The position numbers and the translations under genes are program-made. From Azolla caroliniana (lineage: Eukaryota; Plantae; Polypodiophyta), in assembly GCA_043228905.1 (NCBI GenBank), contig JBHGNT010000017.1, positions 4,402,001 to 4,466,000 on the forward strand: a stretch of 64,000 nucleotides of DNA, given 5' to 3'. Shown one piece after another: positions 52,701 to 63,445 of the stretch (positions are counted from its first letter, which is position 1; every line of letters begins with the position of its first letter). The notes under the pieces were generated by a model that was given only the letters and a program-made list of their open reading frames with translations, searched no databases and was not told the DNA's origin.

Positions 52701-53853
52701 GGAGCACCTGGTATGCCGGTTGAAGAAGAGCCTTTACGGACTGAAGCAGGCTCCCCGGCAATGGTACCGGAAGTTCGACTCCTTCATGACCGACGAAGGG
52801 TACCTCAAAACGCAGTCCGACCACTGCGTGTTTGTGAAGAAGTTCGAAGGAGGAGACTCTCTAATACTCCTCCTGTACGTGGACGACATGTTGATCGTCG
52901 GACGGGACCAGGTCAAGATACGGATGCTGAAGAAGGCTCTTCACCGAACCTTCTCAATGAAGGACCTGGGTCCGGCGAGACAAATACTAGGGATGCACAT
53001 CATCCGGGACCGGAAGAAGAAGCAGTTGTGGCTGTCACAGGAGAAGTACGTGACGAAGGTGCTTCACCGGTTCAACATGTCGGAAGCAAGACCGGTCGGA
53101 TCGACCCTCCCGGCAAACTGCAAGCTGTCCAACAAGCAAAGTCCCAAGACAAAGGCTGAAAAGGAGGATATGATGAAAGTGCCATATGCCTCAGCCGTCG
53201 GGAGCTTGATGTACGCCATGGTGTGTACGAGACCGGACATCGGATATGCAGTCGGAGTGGTGAGCCGGTACATGAGCAATCCCGGCAAAGAGCATTGGAA
53301 CGCGGCCAAGTGGATACTCCGATACCTGAAGGGCACGGCAAACGTGTGCCTCCGATTCGGCTCCGGTAAGCCCGAACTCGACGGCTTCACCGATTCGGAT
53401 ATGTCGGCTGATGCAGATACCAGCCGGTCCACATCAGGGTATGTGATGACGTATGCAGGGGGAGCAGTTTCGTGGCAGTCGAGGCTGCAGAAGACGGTTG
53501 CGTTGTCAACCACGGAGGCGGAGTACATGGCAGCTGTTGAAGCCGGCAAGGAAATAATATGGATGAAGGACTTCATTAGAGAGCTCGGTATCCGGCAGGA
53601 GGAGTACCGACTCTACTGCGACAGTCAGAGTGCAATCCACCTTGCGAAGAACGCGGCCTATCACTCCCGGACGAAGCACATCCAGCGAAGATATCACTGG
53701 ATCCGGGAAAGGATAGAAGACAAGGAGTTCGTGCTGACGAAGATCCACACGGACGAGAACGGGTCGGATATGCTGACCAAGGTGCTCACACCCGACAAGC
53801 TGGAAGCATGCCGGAAGAGGATCGGATTGGAGAGACATCCCATGCCGAAGTGA
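49777..53853 (+). CDS. Copia gag-pol polyprotein, 1358 aa, uninterrupted
   Basis: CFHCGKPGHFRKNC; WVVDSGAS; WHKRLCH...C..C; HTDVC, RADNGGEY, NGLAERMNR; QMDVKTAFLHG; LYVDDM; FTDSD...DMLTK. Confidence 0.97.
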   Translation: MEGGGSGQPGMMVLNAQNYADWKIKMEDLLIVRDLYEPIDRSEIPKGVLESEWKLLNRKAVATIRQYVDVSVLQHVANDTNAYEMWKKLSGLYERKNALNRTSLMRKIVNLKYRDGESMVEHVSTFMGFVNQLAAIKFPLEDAMQAIILMCTLPESWENLVVTLSTSCTEDNLSLQTVKTSILNEEARRRDKEPASDPKMLFTESDRGRQWNRSPQRREKSGTRSQSRGRPTCFHCGKPGHFRKNCRHYRKDNGTDNTDSKKSPERNGAYWGATDRNGSDRRGQDRKGTTALAASEEEIMLITEEGELNIAGDETTWVVDSGASFHLTPERRYFSSYTAGEHGCVRMGNEGTCRIAGIGDVWLTTPTGCKMLLKNVRHVPEVRLNLISAGRLDDEGYTGSIRNGVMKFSKGSLIVARARKVNTLYLMNARLCPEELNVAADTAGELWHKRLCHMSEKGMKRLAEDNLIPVKHVHLEKCTDCLAGKQNRTSFHSRPPTRRSAPLELVHTDVCQVETKSHGGAQYFVTFIDDHSRKLWTAPMKTKDQVLCVFKELHARVERESGKKLKAIRADNGGEYRGQFQEYCRSKGIRLEFTVPKTPELNGLAERMNRTIMERVRSMLAHAKLPKGFWAEAMSTATYVINRSPSVPLDGDTPQRVWTGREVSYRHLKVFGCLAYVHVAKDRRGKLDPKTRPCIFLGYGDDEFGYRVWDPVDKKIFRSRDIIFMENKTLADWESEKKMKSSKSTGEDQLYGEQSRPARDRLALEDPAEDGEETEPAEEDENDTGTGPDPEMDSDEEEESEEPVTEAPERRYPLRERRAPRRFPEPEHVLLTDEGEPESFEEAKHDTQSRRWLSAMQDEMDSLHENHTYELVELPKGKRALRNKWVFKLKPGDAGSPPRYKARIVVKGFQQKKGVDFDEIFAPVVKMTSIRTVLSIAASMDLEVEQMDVKTAFLHGDLEEEIYMQQPEGFEKKGKEHLVCRLKKSLYGLKQAPRQWYRKFDSFMTDEGYLKTQSDHCVFVKKFEGGDSLILLLYVDDMLIVGRDQVKIRMLKKALHRTFSMKDLGPARQILGMHIIRDRKKKQLWLSQEKYVTKVLHRFNMSEARPVGSTLPANCKLSNKQSPKTKAEKEDMMKVPYASAVGSLMYAMVCTRPDIGYAVGVVSRYMSNPGKEHWNAAKWILRYLKGTANVCLRFGSGKPELDGFTDSDMSADADTSRSTSGYVMTYAGGAVSWQSRLQKTVALSTTEAEYMAAVEAGKEIIWMKDFIRELGIRQEEYRLYCDSQSAIHLAKNAAYHSRTKHIQRRYHWIRERIEDKEFVLTKIHTDENGSDMLTKVLTPDKLEACRKRIGLERHPMPK

Positions 53854-53863
53854 AGGGGGAGTT

Positions 53864-54457
53864 TGTTGGGATTACGGTCCCTTCGGATGGGATGGTCGGA
53901 TCCGGTTTCGGTTTCGGATCCGGATGACGAAGACCCCGGTTTCGGCACCGGATGACGAATGTACCCGGAGAGCGATCCGGATGCAGGGACATATCCGTAA
54001 ATATGTTCGCTATGGGCCCCTGAGGCTACAGTTGTAAATAGCCCAAAGTCATATAAGTATAAATATGACTTAGGGCAAACAGTTTTGAGTTGCTGATCTT
54101 TTTTCTGTTTTTCCACTTTAGAGGAGTGAAGAGAGAAAGCAGCCGTGAGAGAGAGAGAGAGAGAGAGAGATAGAGCGCGAGAGAGGAAGAGGTAGACGCC
54201 TCTGTGTATTTCCGCCGCCTGTGGCGAGGACAGCGAGCTCAAGGTCGTCGCCTTGGAGCTCGTCATTGTATACTTCTCTTTGTATAGTGTTGTTTGGAGT
54301 CTTGTACTCCCGTGGTTTTTCCCATCTAGGGTTTTCCACGTTAATCACTGTGTACTCGTGTATTTGTCTCTTTGGTTCCTATTTTCTGCTCCATTGATCC
54401 GCGATTACTCGGTTGTGGCCGGGTGAAGAAGGTGAATCAGAGCGACTATTCCCTACA
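53864..54457 (+). repeat. Copia 3' LTR
   Basis: 594 bp; by eye identical to the 5' LTR except one extra GA unit. Confidence 0.96.
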
Positions 54458-55038
54458 CACGATGCTCACACACGCACACAGCCTGACTACACTGTGGAGC
54501 CTTTGCCAGAAGCACACGGGCTGTCCACGAAGCAGAGGCAACTGTTGCCGTTTAGGAACACGGTCAGACGCGACTCCCTTTATCCGTAACTCACTGCCCT
54601 CCGGCAAGGGTGCCACGACAACCCTCACCTTCCGGTCCACAGTCTTGATCTTCGTAGCCACTCGGGCCGTCCGATCCGACTCGAGTCCGCTACCGAAGTT
54701 GGCGATGACTTCGTACATCTTTTCCGAACATACCGGAATCGTCCAGTCCTCATTAAGGCCTTCTCCGAACACCTCCCGTAACTTCCCCAAGGTGTCGTCG
54801 AAAGAGACTGCCTCCACGACTCTGTTGATTTCCTCTTCAGGGCCGAGGACTCCGCATGCCCAAAGTCGCTCCTCCGCCAGCTTCTTTTCCAGGCCAACTA
54901 CGCCGTCTATCGTACAACCACCGCTATCGGAGAACCAAAATTTTCTACCTATGGTACAAGTGTTTTTGCCTATAGTACATCTGTGTGCTTTTTTCGGGGT
55001 GTCTGGACTATCGCGGCCCCACGCCTTGATAGCCCTCT

Positions 55039-56509
55039 CTAAAAATCCCCTTGGCTGTCGCCGCCGAGGGTCTCGCAATTTCGCTTGTGGTTGGGTCGTA
55101 CTGTCATGAATTGGACGGAATGCCGAACGTCTTGGCTCTTGACGCGCGCATACGCCGAACCGTTGTCCAGTACTTTCGTCTCCATGCGTGCTGCTGTAAT
55201 GTACAGTTCGCCAAGAATTATCGGGTGCGAGGAAGTCTCCTGCACGAAGAAATGCTGATCTATCTCGATGTCGCCGATCTTCATGCGTACGTTCGGGCAC
55301 GCACCATGCAACTCCTCTGTAGCGCGCGTTGCCGCACGTATCTTCCACTCGTGCTTGGTGTTGATCGGCCATTTCCCCTTTTGATAGAAGTCCATGGAAA
55401 TCAGGTTGATCTCCGAACCGTGATCTACCAATGCCACCACCGGCTCCTGGACGTCGCCGATCCGAACAAGGGTTTCCGTAATGGCCCTGGCCCAATACGG
55501 CTTCGCGTAGTGGCTTTCCGCCAACTCGTCCTCTAGGGCCGTGTCTTCTAAGTGCGCTGTCCACACTTCCACTGACCTCTCCGGTTCTGGCTCTACGGAG
55601 AGCCTCTTCCGCTTCACCAAGTCCACGATGGAGTCGTGGAACTCCTTCTTGGCGATTCCCAGCACCTCCCGTAATGACAGTTCGACCTCGTTGTCGAGAA
55701 TTCTCTCTTCCAAGACCTTCTGCAGATCCGTTGTTGATTCGATTTCGGCGCTTAGCCAGAAACCGGCCTGCTTCTTCTTCTCTGGTGTGCCGGCGTTGGC
55801 GGCCTCATTCGGCTTCAGTCCGAACCGAGTTTCGTACCTCTGCGAGGGGCCGCCCCCTCCGGCCTTTCCCGCACGCTTGTCTTCTACCAGAACCTCGTGG
55901 TTCTGGCATGCGGCTACCACGAAGCCAATCTTTTCTTCCACCAGGTCGTCCCATCGGGTAACCTCCCGTATCTGCCGTTCCACACGGTCCGCCTCTTCCT
56001 TCTTTAGTCGTACTCCGGAGAGACCCTCTAGCACCAATGGCCAGAATCCAGAGTCCTTCACTTTCTGGGCCTCATCGCCCCTGACCCGGATTCCCGCCGA
56101 TGCTGAGTTGTTAAGGGCCTCTGCATGTGGTGTCGTGGCCTCTTCCATCAACCGCTACATTCCGCCGTGCCCCGTATTCAACTCTAGGGGTTTTCGGGTC
56201 TTGCTCGCGTGCACTCGCCCGTTCCAGAGGTACACCACGTTGGTCCTGAGTGCCTCGGCGAAATCAGTGCATTCTTTCCGGATGTGGCCGACTGCGTCGC
56301 ACCACATGCACCATTGCCTCGCTGGCGGCCTTCGATCACAAGACTGTTCGCCGATGTCCCTCCGGGCCTATGCGATTTGGAGATCTTGCACCATCTAGGA
56401 TAGCTCTTCTAGAGCTGCGCCTCCGGAGGGACCTTTGACCACTCTGCTCGGGGCTGAGCCCGTCTCAAGCCAACTCCGAGTTTCTTCCTTCCTAGCCAGT
56501 ACTGACACC
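55039..56509 (-). pseudogene. gag C-terminus and protease fragment of the deleted gypsy element
   Basis: Homologous to 46320-47775; DHGSE protease motif; ends GDF*. Confidence 0.82.
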
Positions 56510-56813
56510 GGGACCGCGGGGGCCTTGAACCAAGGAGCGTGAGAAAGAAGAGAGAGAGAGCAGCTTGTAGAAACACAGAGGGAGGAAGAGAGAGAGAACA
56601 AGGCCTTAATTACAAAATCAATAACGATTACAACCGGCAAGCCGGCAACAGACCCAACTCAGGCGAATACACACACACACGATGCTCACGCACGCACACA
56701 GCCTGACTGCACTGTGGAGCCTTTGTCGGAAGCACATGGGCTGTCCACGAAGCAACTATTGCCGTTTAGGAACACGGTCCGCGGTCAGTCCTTCGACCTA
56801 GACCTCAAGTGGG

Positions 56814-57196
56814 TGTGGAACAACGAACAGGTGTATAAGCGTATTGCGTAAGGGTAGAACCCCTGTAACCTATCAGCGTATAAGGGAAGACGGCTACAAC
56901 CGAATCCCTATTCAGGGTTACACTTACGTACAACAACACTTAAGTAATCAAGACACCCACTCTGAACTAGTCGTAGCTATACACAGAAAATCAGAGAAGA
57001 TAGTATTCTATTATAAGGCATTTCTTTACATTCCCCAAAATTACACGCACCTCTATCAGAGGTTTTCTGCCCTTTATATATGCAGGGTCTAATTAGCCGT
57101 TCACGCTTCCTGCGTGAACCGTTACATGCGTTATACTCTTATATAATTTCTTACTCCTACGCTTTTGTCCATCGGTTACTATTCCGGCGGACAACA
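56814..57196 (-). repeat. 3' LTR of the Arg-family gypsy element
   Basis: Minus strand TGTTGTCC...CCACA; same start and similar TATA context (TATATAAAGGGCAG) as 9615-10070; interrupts another LTR at 56813. Confidence 0.75.
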
Positions 57197-60015
57197 CTTG
57201 GCACGCTTGTGGGACAGTGCCTTTGCACGTCGGACCCATCCCTTAATCTTCTTCCAAAAAGGCCCAGATGTTCGGCTCTGTTGTGGTGTCCTCGTCCGGA
57301 GGTGATGTAGGGCCCGGCCCGTAGGTGCATCGTGGTGTGGCTCCTCTGTTTGGTCGGGCTGGTTTCTCCCGGAGTCGTCGTCGCCGTGTGTGGGTGGTCC
57401 GGGTATGGTGGGCTCTGCTTGAGTTAGTGGGTTGGGCTCCACCGTTGTCGTGCTTGCAGTCGGCTGCGACTCTGCCTCCATTGTTACGTCCTCCATGGTG
57501 TTGGCCGTTTTTGTACATTCCTGGGAGTGGGGCGGAGATTCCGCCTGGTCCGCACCGTTCTCCGCGTGGTCTGATGATAGTGTGGGCTTGTGCGGCTGAA
57601 CCTCTTGTTGGGTGGTGGTTTTGCTGTTTGGTCCCGTGGGGAACTCCGCTCGTCGGTCCCCGCTATTCTCCCTCGTTGTCATCTCTGGTGATCAGGCCTG
57701 AGGTTCCTCTTCTTCGGTTGGGGCCGGAATTGGTGACGTGCTGGATTCCTCGTTTGTGCGCATGTTGTCGGCCTGCGTGATCTAGTGAAATAACTCCTCC
57801 TGACTTTCACCAAAATCATCTAAGAGCTGTGCGAGTTCTTTGGAGTGTTGGTCTGCTAGCGCACGATAGTCTTGTGCTAGGTCCTCCCGTACGGTCGCAA
57901 TGCTCTCCTCATTTAGTTTATAGAAACCTCGATCGTCTTTTCGCCGGTTCTCCCAGTCCGCACGATACACGTGCAATTCCGCTGCTTGGGTTGCCCACGC
58001 CATCCATCCTTTGTCCAACGCCGTTTTCAATTGTGCTGTGAACGTCTCCCGATTTTTTTGGAGAAGGATCCGCACGTTATCTGTGATGGCCTGGCAACGG
58101 TTGCGTGCGTCTTCCATCGAGTTTTGGAGATTTGCGATTTCCTGCTGTTTAACGGCTGCCGCTTCCTCATACGTGGCCTTCAGGCCCGCCCACAGCTGGG
58201 ATTCCTTTGCATGCCGTTCTTCTAATTTTCCCATCTCGTTGTTTAGGCGAATTTCGAGCTGATGCCTTCTGTCTTGTTCAACCACCAACTGCTCATCGAA
58301 CCATACCTTCTTTTTTTCTAATAAGGCCCGAAGTCCTGCTATTGCCGCCTCCGATTTCTTCGCGTCCTCTCGTAATTGTGCGCTGTCGTCCTTTGTCAAG
58401 ATGTGCTGAGCTACCTCTGTAGCTAGTTTTTCTTCAAAAGTTTTTATTGCCTTCCGTCCGTTAGCCCGTATCTCCTTTTCTCTGTCTGAGGATTGGTGTA
58501 GTTCTGCGCGAAGACGGTCAATTTCGGATTCTGCTAGTGCACAACCCTTTTTGCTTTTGAGGCGATGACGGTCTGAGCCTCGATTTCTTCTTTTAGAGCG
58601 TCGATGACATGGTTCGGTGGCGGGGTTGCGTGTTGCGCCGTAGTCGCGTGAGCTTCCAACTCAGCGATGCGTGCGTTGGCTTTTTGCAGTTCGGCTTCGG
58701 TCAGTTTAACCTTCTTCCAGACATTCTTATTTTTTATGGCCATCTCCTTGGCGCCCGTGCTGACCTTTGCCAGTTCCCGATGGACTTCGACTAGGGCCAT
58801 GTTTAAGGGCAATATCTCTATCCCCACTCCCCGTACCCCGACGTTCCTTTGTCTGCCGACCCTAGCTAGCCGGTCCTCATCGTCGCTCTCCGTTGTTTGT
58901 GTTAGGGCGCGCTCGATCATCTGGCGTTCCGCATGCTCCTCGGCCATTCGTTGGGCGGCTTTGACCTGTTGTGTTGCCAGGAACTCCATGAGCTCAAAAG
59001 AAGTACCGAAATGCAAGAGGGCGCTGAACTCGTGGGCCGTATCCGGGATATCCGGATATGCCAAAACCTCGCTTTCTGCCGTCAATACGGCTTTCCCTCG
59101 TTGGGACCGAGTCGTAATAATCGGCCGTGGCTCCCGGATGATTTCGAAGGTGGTATTCGGTTCCGCTGCTGCGGCGCCTTCGCCTTCGGTCGGTGTCTCC
59201 GTTGCCGTGGGGGCGTTTTTTACCAACCCCCGCCCATCTTTCCTGTCCAATCTGCGCCGTTTTGGTCTGGGGCTTTCCCACTGTGTTTCGGTGTCTGGTT
59301 CTGGGGCTGCTTCCTTGGAGCGTCTTGGCTGTTCCTCCTGCGTTGTCCGTGTGTCCGGCTGGTCGGTAGGAGGTGTTGTCCTTGGGTCTGGATGGGCCGG
59401 TTGGGGTTCCTCTTCCCACTTTGGGGCCGATAACTCTGCTAACCTGTGTTTCGCGGATCGGGGCGGGGCCGTGGGTTGGCTGGGCTGCGGTGCTGGTAGG
59501 CCTCGGGGTGGAAATAGTATCGTAAGGTATTGTTGGATGATTGGCCTGAGGTTTTTGCCTGCTTGGTACGCATGCAAGCCTTCCCTTAACGCTGGCCCTG
59601 TGATAACCCCCCAGTCGACGGCACGCCCTTCAAAGGTATCGATGATGATGCCCGCTTTCTGCTTAGGCATCCCATATGCGTTGACATGTACGCAACCGGC
59701 TTCTAGTAGGAACTTGGCAACTTCACGGAAGAAAGGATCTGGAATTTGTTTTGTTCTATAGGCCTTGGCGGAGGAGGAATATGGCCCAAAATACCGCTGC
59801 AACGCCTCTACAAGAGGTATTTCGAAATGTCTTTCGCCTAGTGAGGATAGGTCCAACTTCTTCCGGATGGAAGAGTTGGTGACTATGTCGATGTTAAGCC
59901 TCCTGGTGATGTCCACGGCATCCGGGTGCGGAGGTGCTTCTGCAACCCGGATGTAACCATCCTGGCGTTTCTCCACGAGCCATTGGTGTAGGGCAGTAGA
60001 GATGAAGATCGACAT
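57179..60015 (-). pseudogene. Extra 3' ORF (conserved domain plus coiled coil), running into the 3' LTR
   Basis: ORFs 58534-60204, 57782-58399 and 57179-57682; Met at 60015 aligns with Met at 3628 of the other copy. Confidence 0.8.
57199..57215 (+). promoter_or_regulatory. Inverted tRNA-Arg PBS-like site at the position of the polypurine tract
   Basis: TGGCACGCTTGTGGGAC, 2 nt from the LTR terminus, versus tRNA-Arg PBS TGGCACGCCCGGTGGGAC. Confidence 0.65.
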
Positions 60016-60365
60016 CGCCAGAGTAGGTTCGTGGGGAGGAGACGGTTGGTTGTGGTGAGTTGGAGCTCTGAGATAGGATGGGGAAGAAGGTGAGGAGGAG
60101 GAGCGATTGGAGCGATGATAGCTAGAAGATGGGTTTCTGCTTTGTGCAGAAAATCTTCTGTTTCCTTCTTTTTGTGGCTTAGGGTTCATTGGGCGGTGAG
60201 GCATCGTGGTGCCGCGTGTTCTTGAACTAGGAGTTTGTGCATGCCTTTAGTCGTTTTAATAGTCACTATCTTCTCTTTCTTTTTTTTTCTTTCTTTTTTC
60301 GTTTTTTTTTGTAACGGTTATTTACCACCTATTTTTACATTATAGTACAAATGGGGTTGTCCATG

Positions 60366-63300
60366 TTACGCTGCGGGTTCCCCGGCTCTGTCCCGTTCGG
60401 GGGTGAATGGGTTAGGTGGCGTATGGCCCAGGTAAGGTTTGAGCCGAAATCCATTCACCTTTTGCCGTAATTCTTCCCCAGCCAGCGTTCCTAGTTGGAA
60501 CGTGCCTTGTTCTGCTCCAATTATCCAGTATGGGCCGGTCCAGCAAAAACATAACTTCCCCGGCATATGGCCCATGCGCGTTTGAAAAACTAGCACCGCT
60601 CGGCCCACGACGAACTCCTTTTCCCTTGTGTTCTGATGTCGATCCACAAACGCTTTACACCGTCGTTGTTCCTGTTCCAACACAACCATGCTGTGGACGC
60701 GTTTTTCCCCTAGTTCGAGGAGTTGGTAGAGCCGTACCTCCTCCGACTTGGCTTCTGATAATCGGTTCCGTACCTGAATGCGCAAACTCGGTACCTGAAA
60801 TTTGACCGGCATCACAACCTCCAGTCCAAACGCTAGTCGGAACGGTGTTGATTGTATGCTTGTTTTGTAACTAGTTCTGTACTCCCATAACGCATTCTGT
60901 AGTTTGGTATCCCAATCCGTTCTATTTTCATTGACGGTTTTCTTCAAAATGGTCTGTAATGTCTTGTTCGTGGATTCTGCTAATCCATTCGCCTATGGAT
61001 AATATGGCGTGCTCTTCTTGTGGACTACGACGTAATGATGTGTTAGTTCCCGAACCACCGTATTGAGAAAGTGACTCCCCTGGTCACTGATGAGCTCAAT
61101 CGGACAGCCGAACCGGCACCAAATGTGCTCGTAAAGGAATTTGGCTGTGATGGCCGCCGTATTTTCACGTAGTGCCTTTGCATCTACCCATTTGGTGTAG
61201 TAATCCGTGGCTACCAATATGTATTTGTTGCCCGTACGGACCGCCGCTGGTGTGAAGGGACCTACAAAATCCAATCCCCACTTTTGGAAGGGATCTAGCG
61301 ATAATACGGGCTGGTGTGGCATCCTTGCGTCCTCCGCGGGCTGACCCATCCGCTGACACAAATCACACTTTCTACAATACTTGAATGCGTCCTTCTGCAT
61401 TGTTGGCCACCATAAGCCCGCCTGCCATACTTTCCGGGCTGTCACGTCGCTCGCGTAATGGCCGCCTGCCGTGCCGCAGTGTGCCTCCTGTAAAACTGCT
61501 TCCTTCTCATCCTAATGGACCCCACGTTGCCAAATGTTGTCACTTCCTTTATGATATAAAATGCCTTCGACGAGGCAGAAGTGACGGCTTCGGACGACTA
61601 GTCGTTTCTTCTCGTCCGTGCGTAATTGTGGGGGAGGCAATCCTGTAGTTAAAAAGCACGTCATTTCCATAAGCCATCGGTCCGGAAAGGTGGATTCCGT
61701 TTTTTCTGCGAATGTCGCTACTCGCAAGATGTCGGCGTCCGGAAAATCGTCGTCGTCTTTCTGTACTGTTTTTCCATTCTCGAGTCTGCTCAAAAACTCC
61801 GCCACTGCGTGTTGCATTCCTTGTCGGTGTTGAATTACGAAATCGAATTCCTAGAGTAGCAGCATCCACCACACCAATTTCCCTGTCATGGCTTGTTTCT
61901 CTACCAAATACAATAATGCCGAATGATCCACGTGGAACGTGAATTTCCTTACTAATAAATAGTGTCGGAATTTATTGATGCTATATATCATCCCTAGCGC
62001 CTCCCGCTCAGTTGTGGAATAGTTACGCTCTGCTGTTAACAATTTATGACTCGCGTAGTATACTGGCCTGTACCATTTTGGTTCGGTGAGTTGCATTCGT
62101 GCGCTTCCTATTGCTATGTCCGAGGCGTCGACGAACACATGGAATGGCTTTGCCCAAACTAGTGGTTGTACGACGGGAGCCTGTGTGAGCATTATCTTAA
62201 GTGCCTCATAGGCCTTATCCTCCGTTGCAGTTCATTGGAAAGGAGTCTGATGTACGGCAGCGTGTAGCGGCGTGGCGAAGTCCGCCAAATACCGTATCAT
62301 CCGACTATGCCACCGTATTTGTCCTAAAAACCGGCTAAGCGATTTGGCGTTTGTCGGAGTTTTGGTTTGGGTCGACCGCTTTTCCCTCTTTGCTGACTAT
62401 GTGGCCTAGGAGAGTCCCGCTGGTCACGCCGAAAGCACATTTCGCGGGATTCAAGCTTAAGCATGCGGTGCGGCAACGTTCCAGGCACAGTCGTAAGTGC
62501 GTAAAATGGTCTATTGTTTCCCCATATACCGCAAAGTCGTCTAGAAAAACTTGCATGAACGCCGGAATGTATTCCCCAGAGATCTCCGTAATCGTTCGTT
62601 GAAATGTTGCCGGCGCTGTCTTTAGCCCGAGCATCATGACTACTACCACATAGACTCCCCAGTTCGTGACAAACGTCGTCTTCTCCTGGTCCTCGGGGTG
62701 CATGCGTACCTGGTTATAGCCACTGAAGCCATCTAAGAAACTGTACATCTCATGGCCTGCGACGGGGTCCAGCATGCTATCGGTGAAGGGTAAGGGAAAT
62801 GCGTCCGTAATGGTTACGACGTTTAATTTTCGGTAATCTACGCATACCCGTATTTTGCCGTTTTTCTTTGGAACGACCACTATCGGGCTTAGCCATGTCA
62901 CTTGTTTAATTGGTCGTATGAACCCCGCCTTCAGGAGCTTGTCAATTTCTTCTTTCACCTGGGTCGCATAATTGGGGTTCATGCGGTAGCGGCGCTGCTG
63001 GACGGGTTTCGCATCAGTTGCTAAATTGATCTTATGCTGATAGAACTTGGGATCTAACCCCTTCATGTCCTCGTGAGCCCAAGCGAACACATCTTTATAT
63101 TCCGTGAGTAGTGCGATCATCGTGATTCTCTGGTCCGGCCTTAATTCCTTTGCGATGGAGAGGAACCGGGGCTCCGATTCCGTACCCACATTTACTTCCT
63201 CAAGAGCGGAAGTGGTGACTCTTCATGAAATCTCCATTTCCCTTTCGAATGCCGCCCGTGCTCTGCTGAGTTCCAAGATGGACTCTGGGTTTGGTTCGTA

Positions 63301-63445
63301 AGGCTAATCGTGGGAAATAATGGCCGTGGCATATTCTTCTGCGGTTGCTATGACATCTATTTCGAACAGCGGAATAATCCGAGGGTGTTCGTCGAGGTAC
63401 GCCTCCAATTCTGCATCCTCCACCCCAGCCAACATATTTATGTCC
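60366..63445 (-). pseudogene. pol (RT, RNase H, integrase) with stops
   Basis: LDGFSGYNQV, FLDDF, DASDIAIG, WGLDFVGP, SDQGSHF, WTGPY. Confidence 0.92.

Larger units (their letters stand above)
49156..54457 (+). mobile_element. Intact full-length Ty1/copia retrotransposon (Tnt1/Tork-like)
   Basis: LTRs 49156-49747 and 53864-54457; TSD CACGA; PBS TGGTATCAAAGC (tRNA-iMet) 49751-49762; PPT GAAGGGGGAG 53852-53861. Confidence 0.97.
48944..56813 (-). mobile_element. Internally deleted Trp-family gypsy element (LTR part, gag/protease fragment, LTR part), host to a copia and to the Arg-family element
   Basis: LTR pieces 48944-49155 plus 54458-54565 and 56510-56813; internal 54566-56509 includes ORF 55039-56151 (ALVDHGSEINLI); flanked by CCGG at 48940-48943. 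Confidence 0.82.
56814..63445 (-). mobile_element. Second Athila/Tat-like gypsy element (RT, RNase H, integrase, extra ORF, 3' LTR), interrupted by a copia at 63446
   Basis: RT 62335-63189, RNase H 61851-62192, integrase 60366-61445, extra ORF 57179-60015, 3' LTR 56814-57196. Confidence 0.9.

Noticed and set aside
57240-57256. Purine-rich GGAAGAAGATTAAGGGA (minus strand) as the PPT
   Set aside because: About 40 nt from the LTR start and interrupted; a PPT must abut the LTR.
58667-59761. 364-aa + strand ORF and other antisense ORFs over retroelements
   Set aside because: Shadow frames of GC-rich coding sequence with no recognisable motifs.
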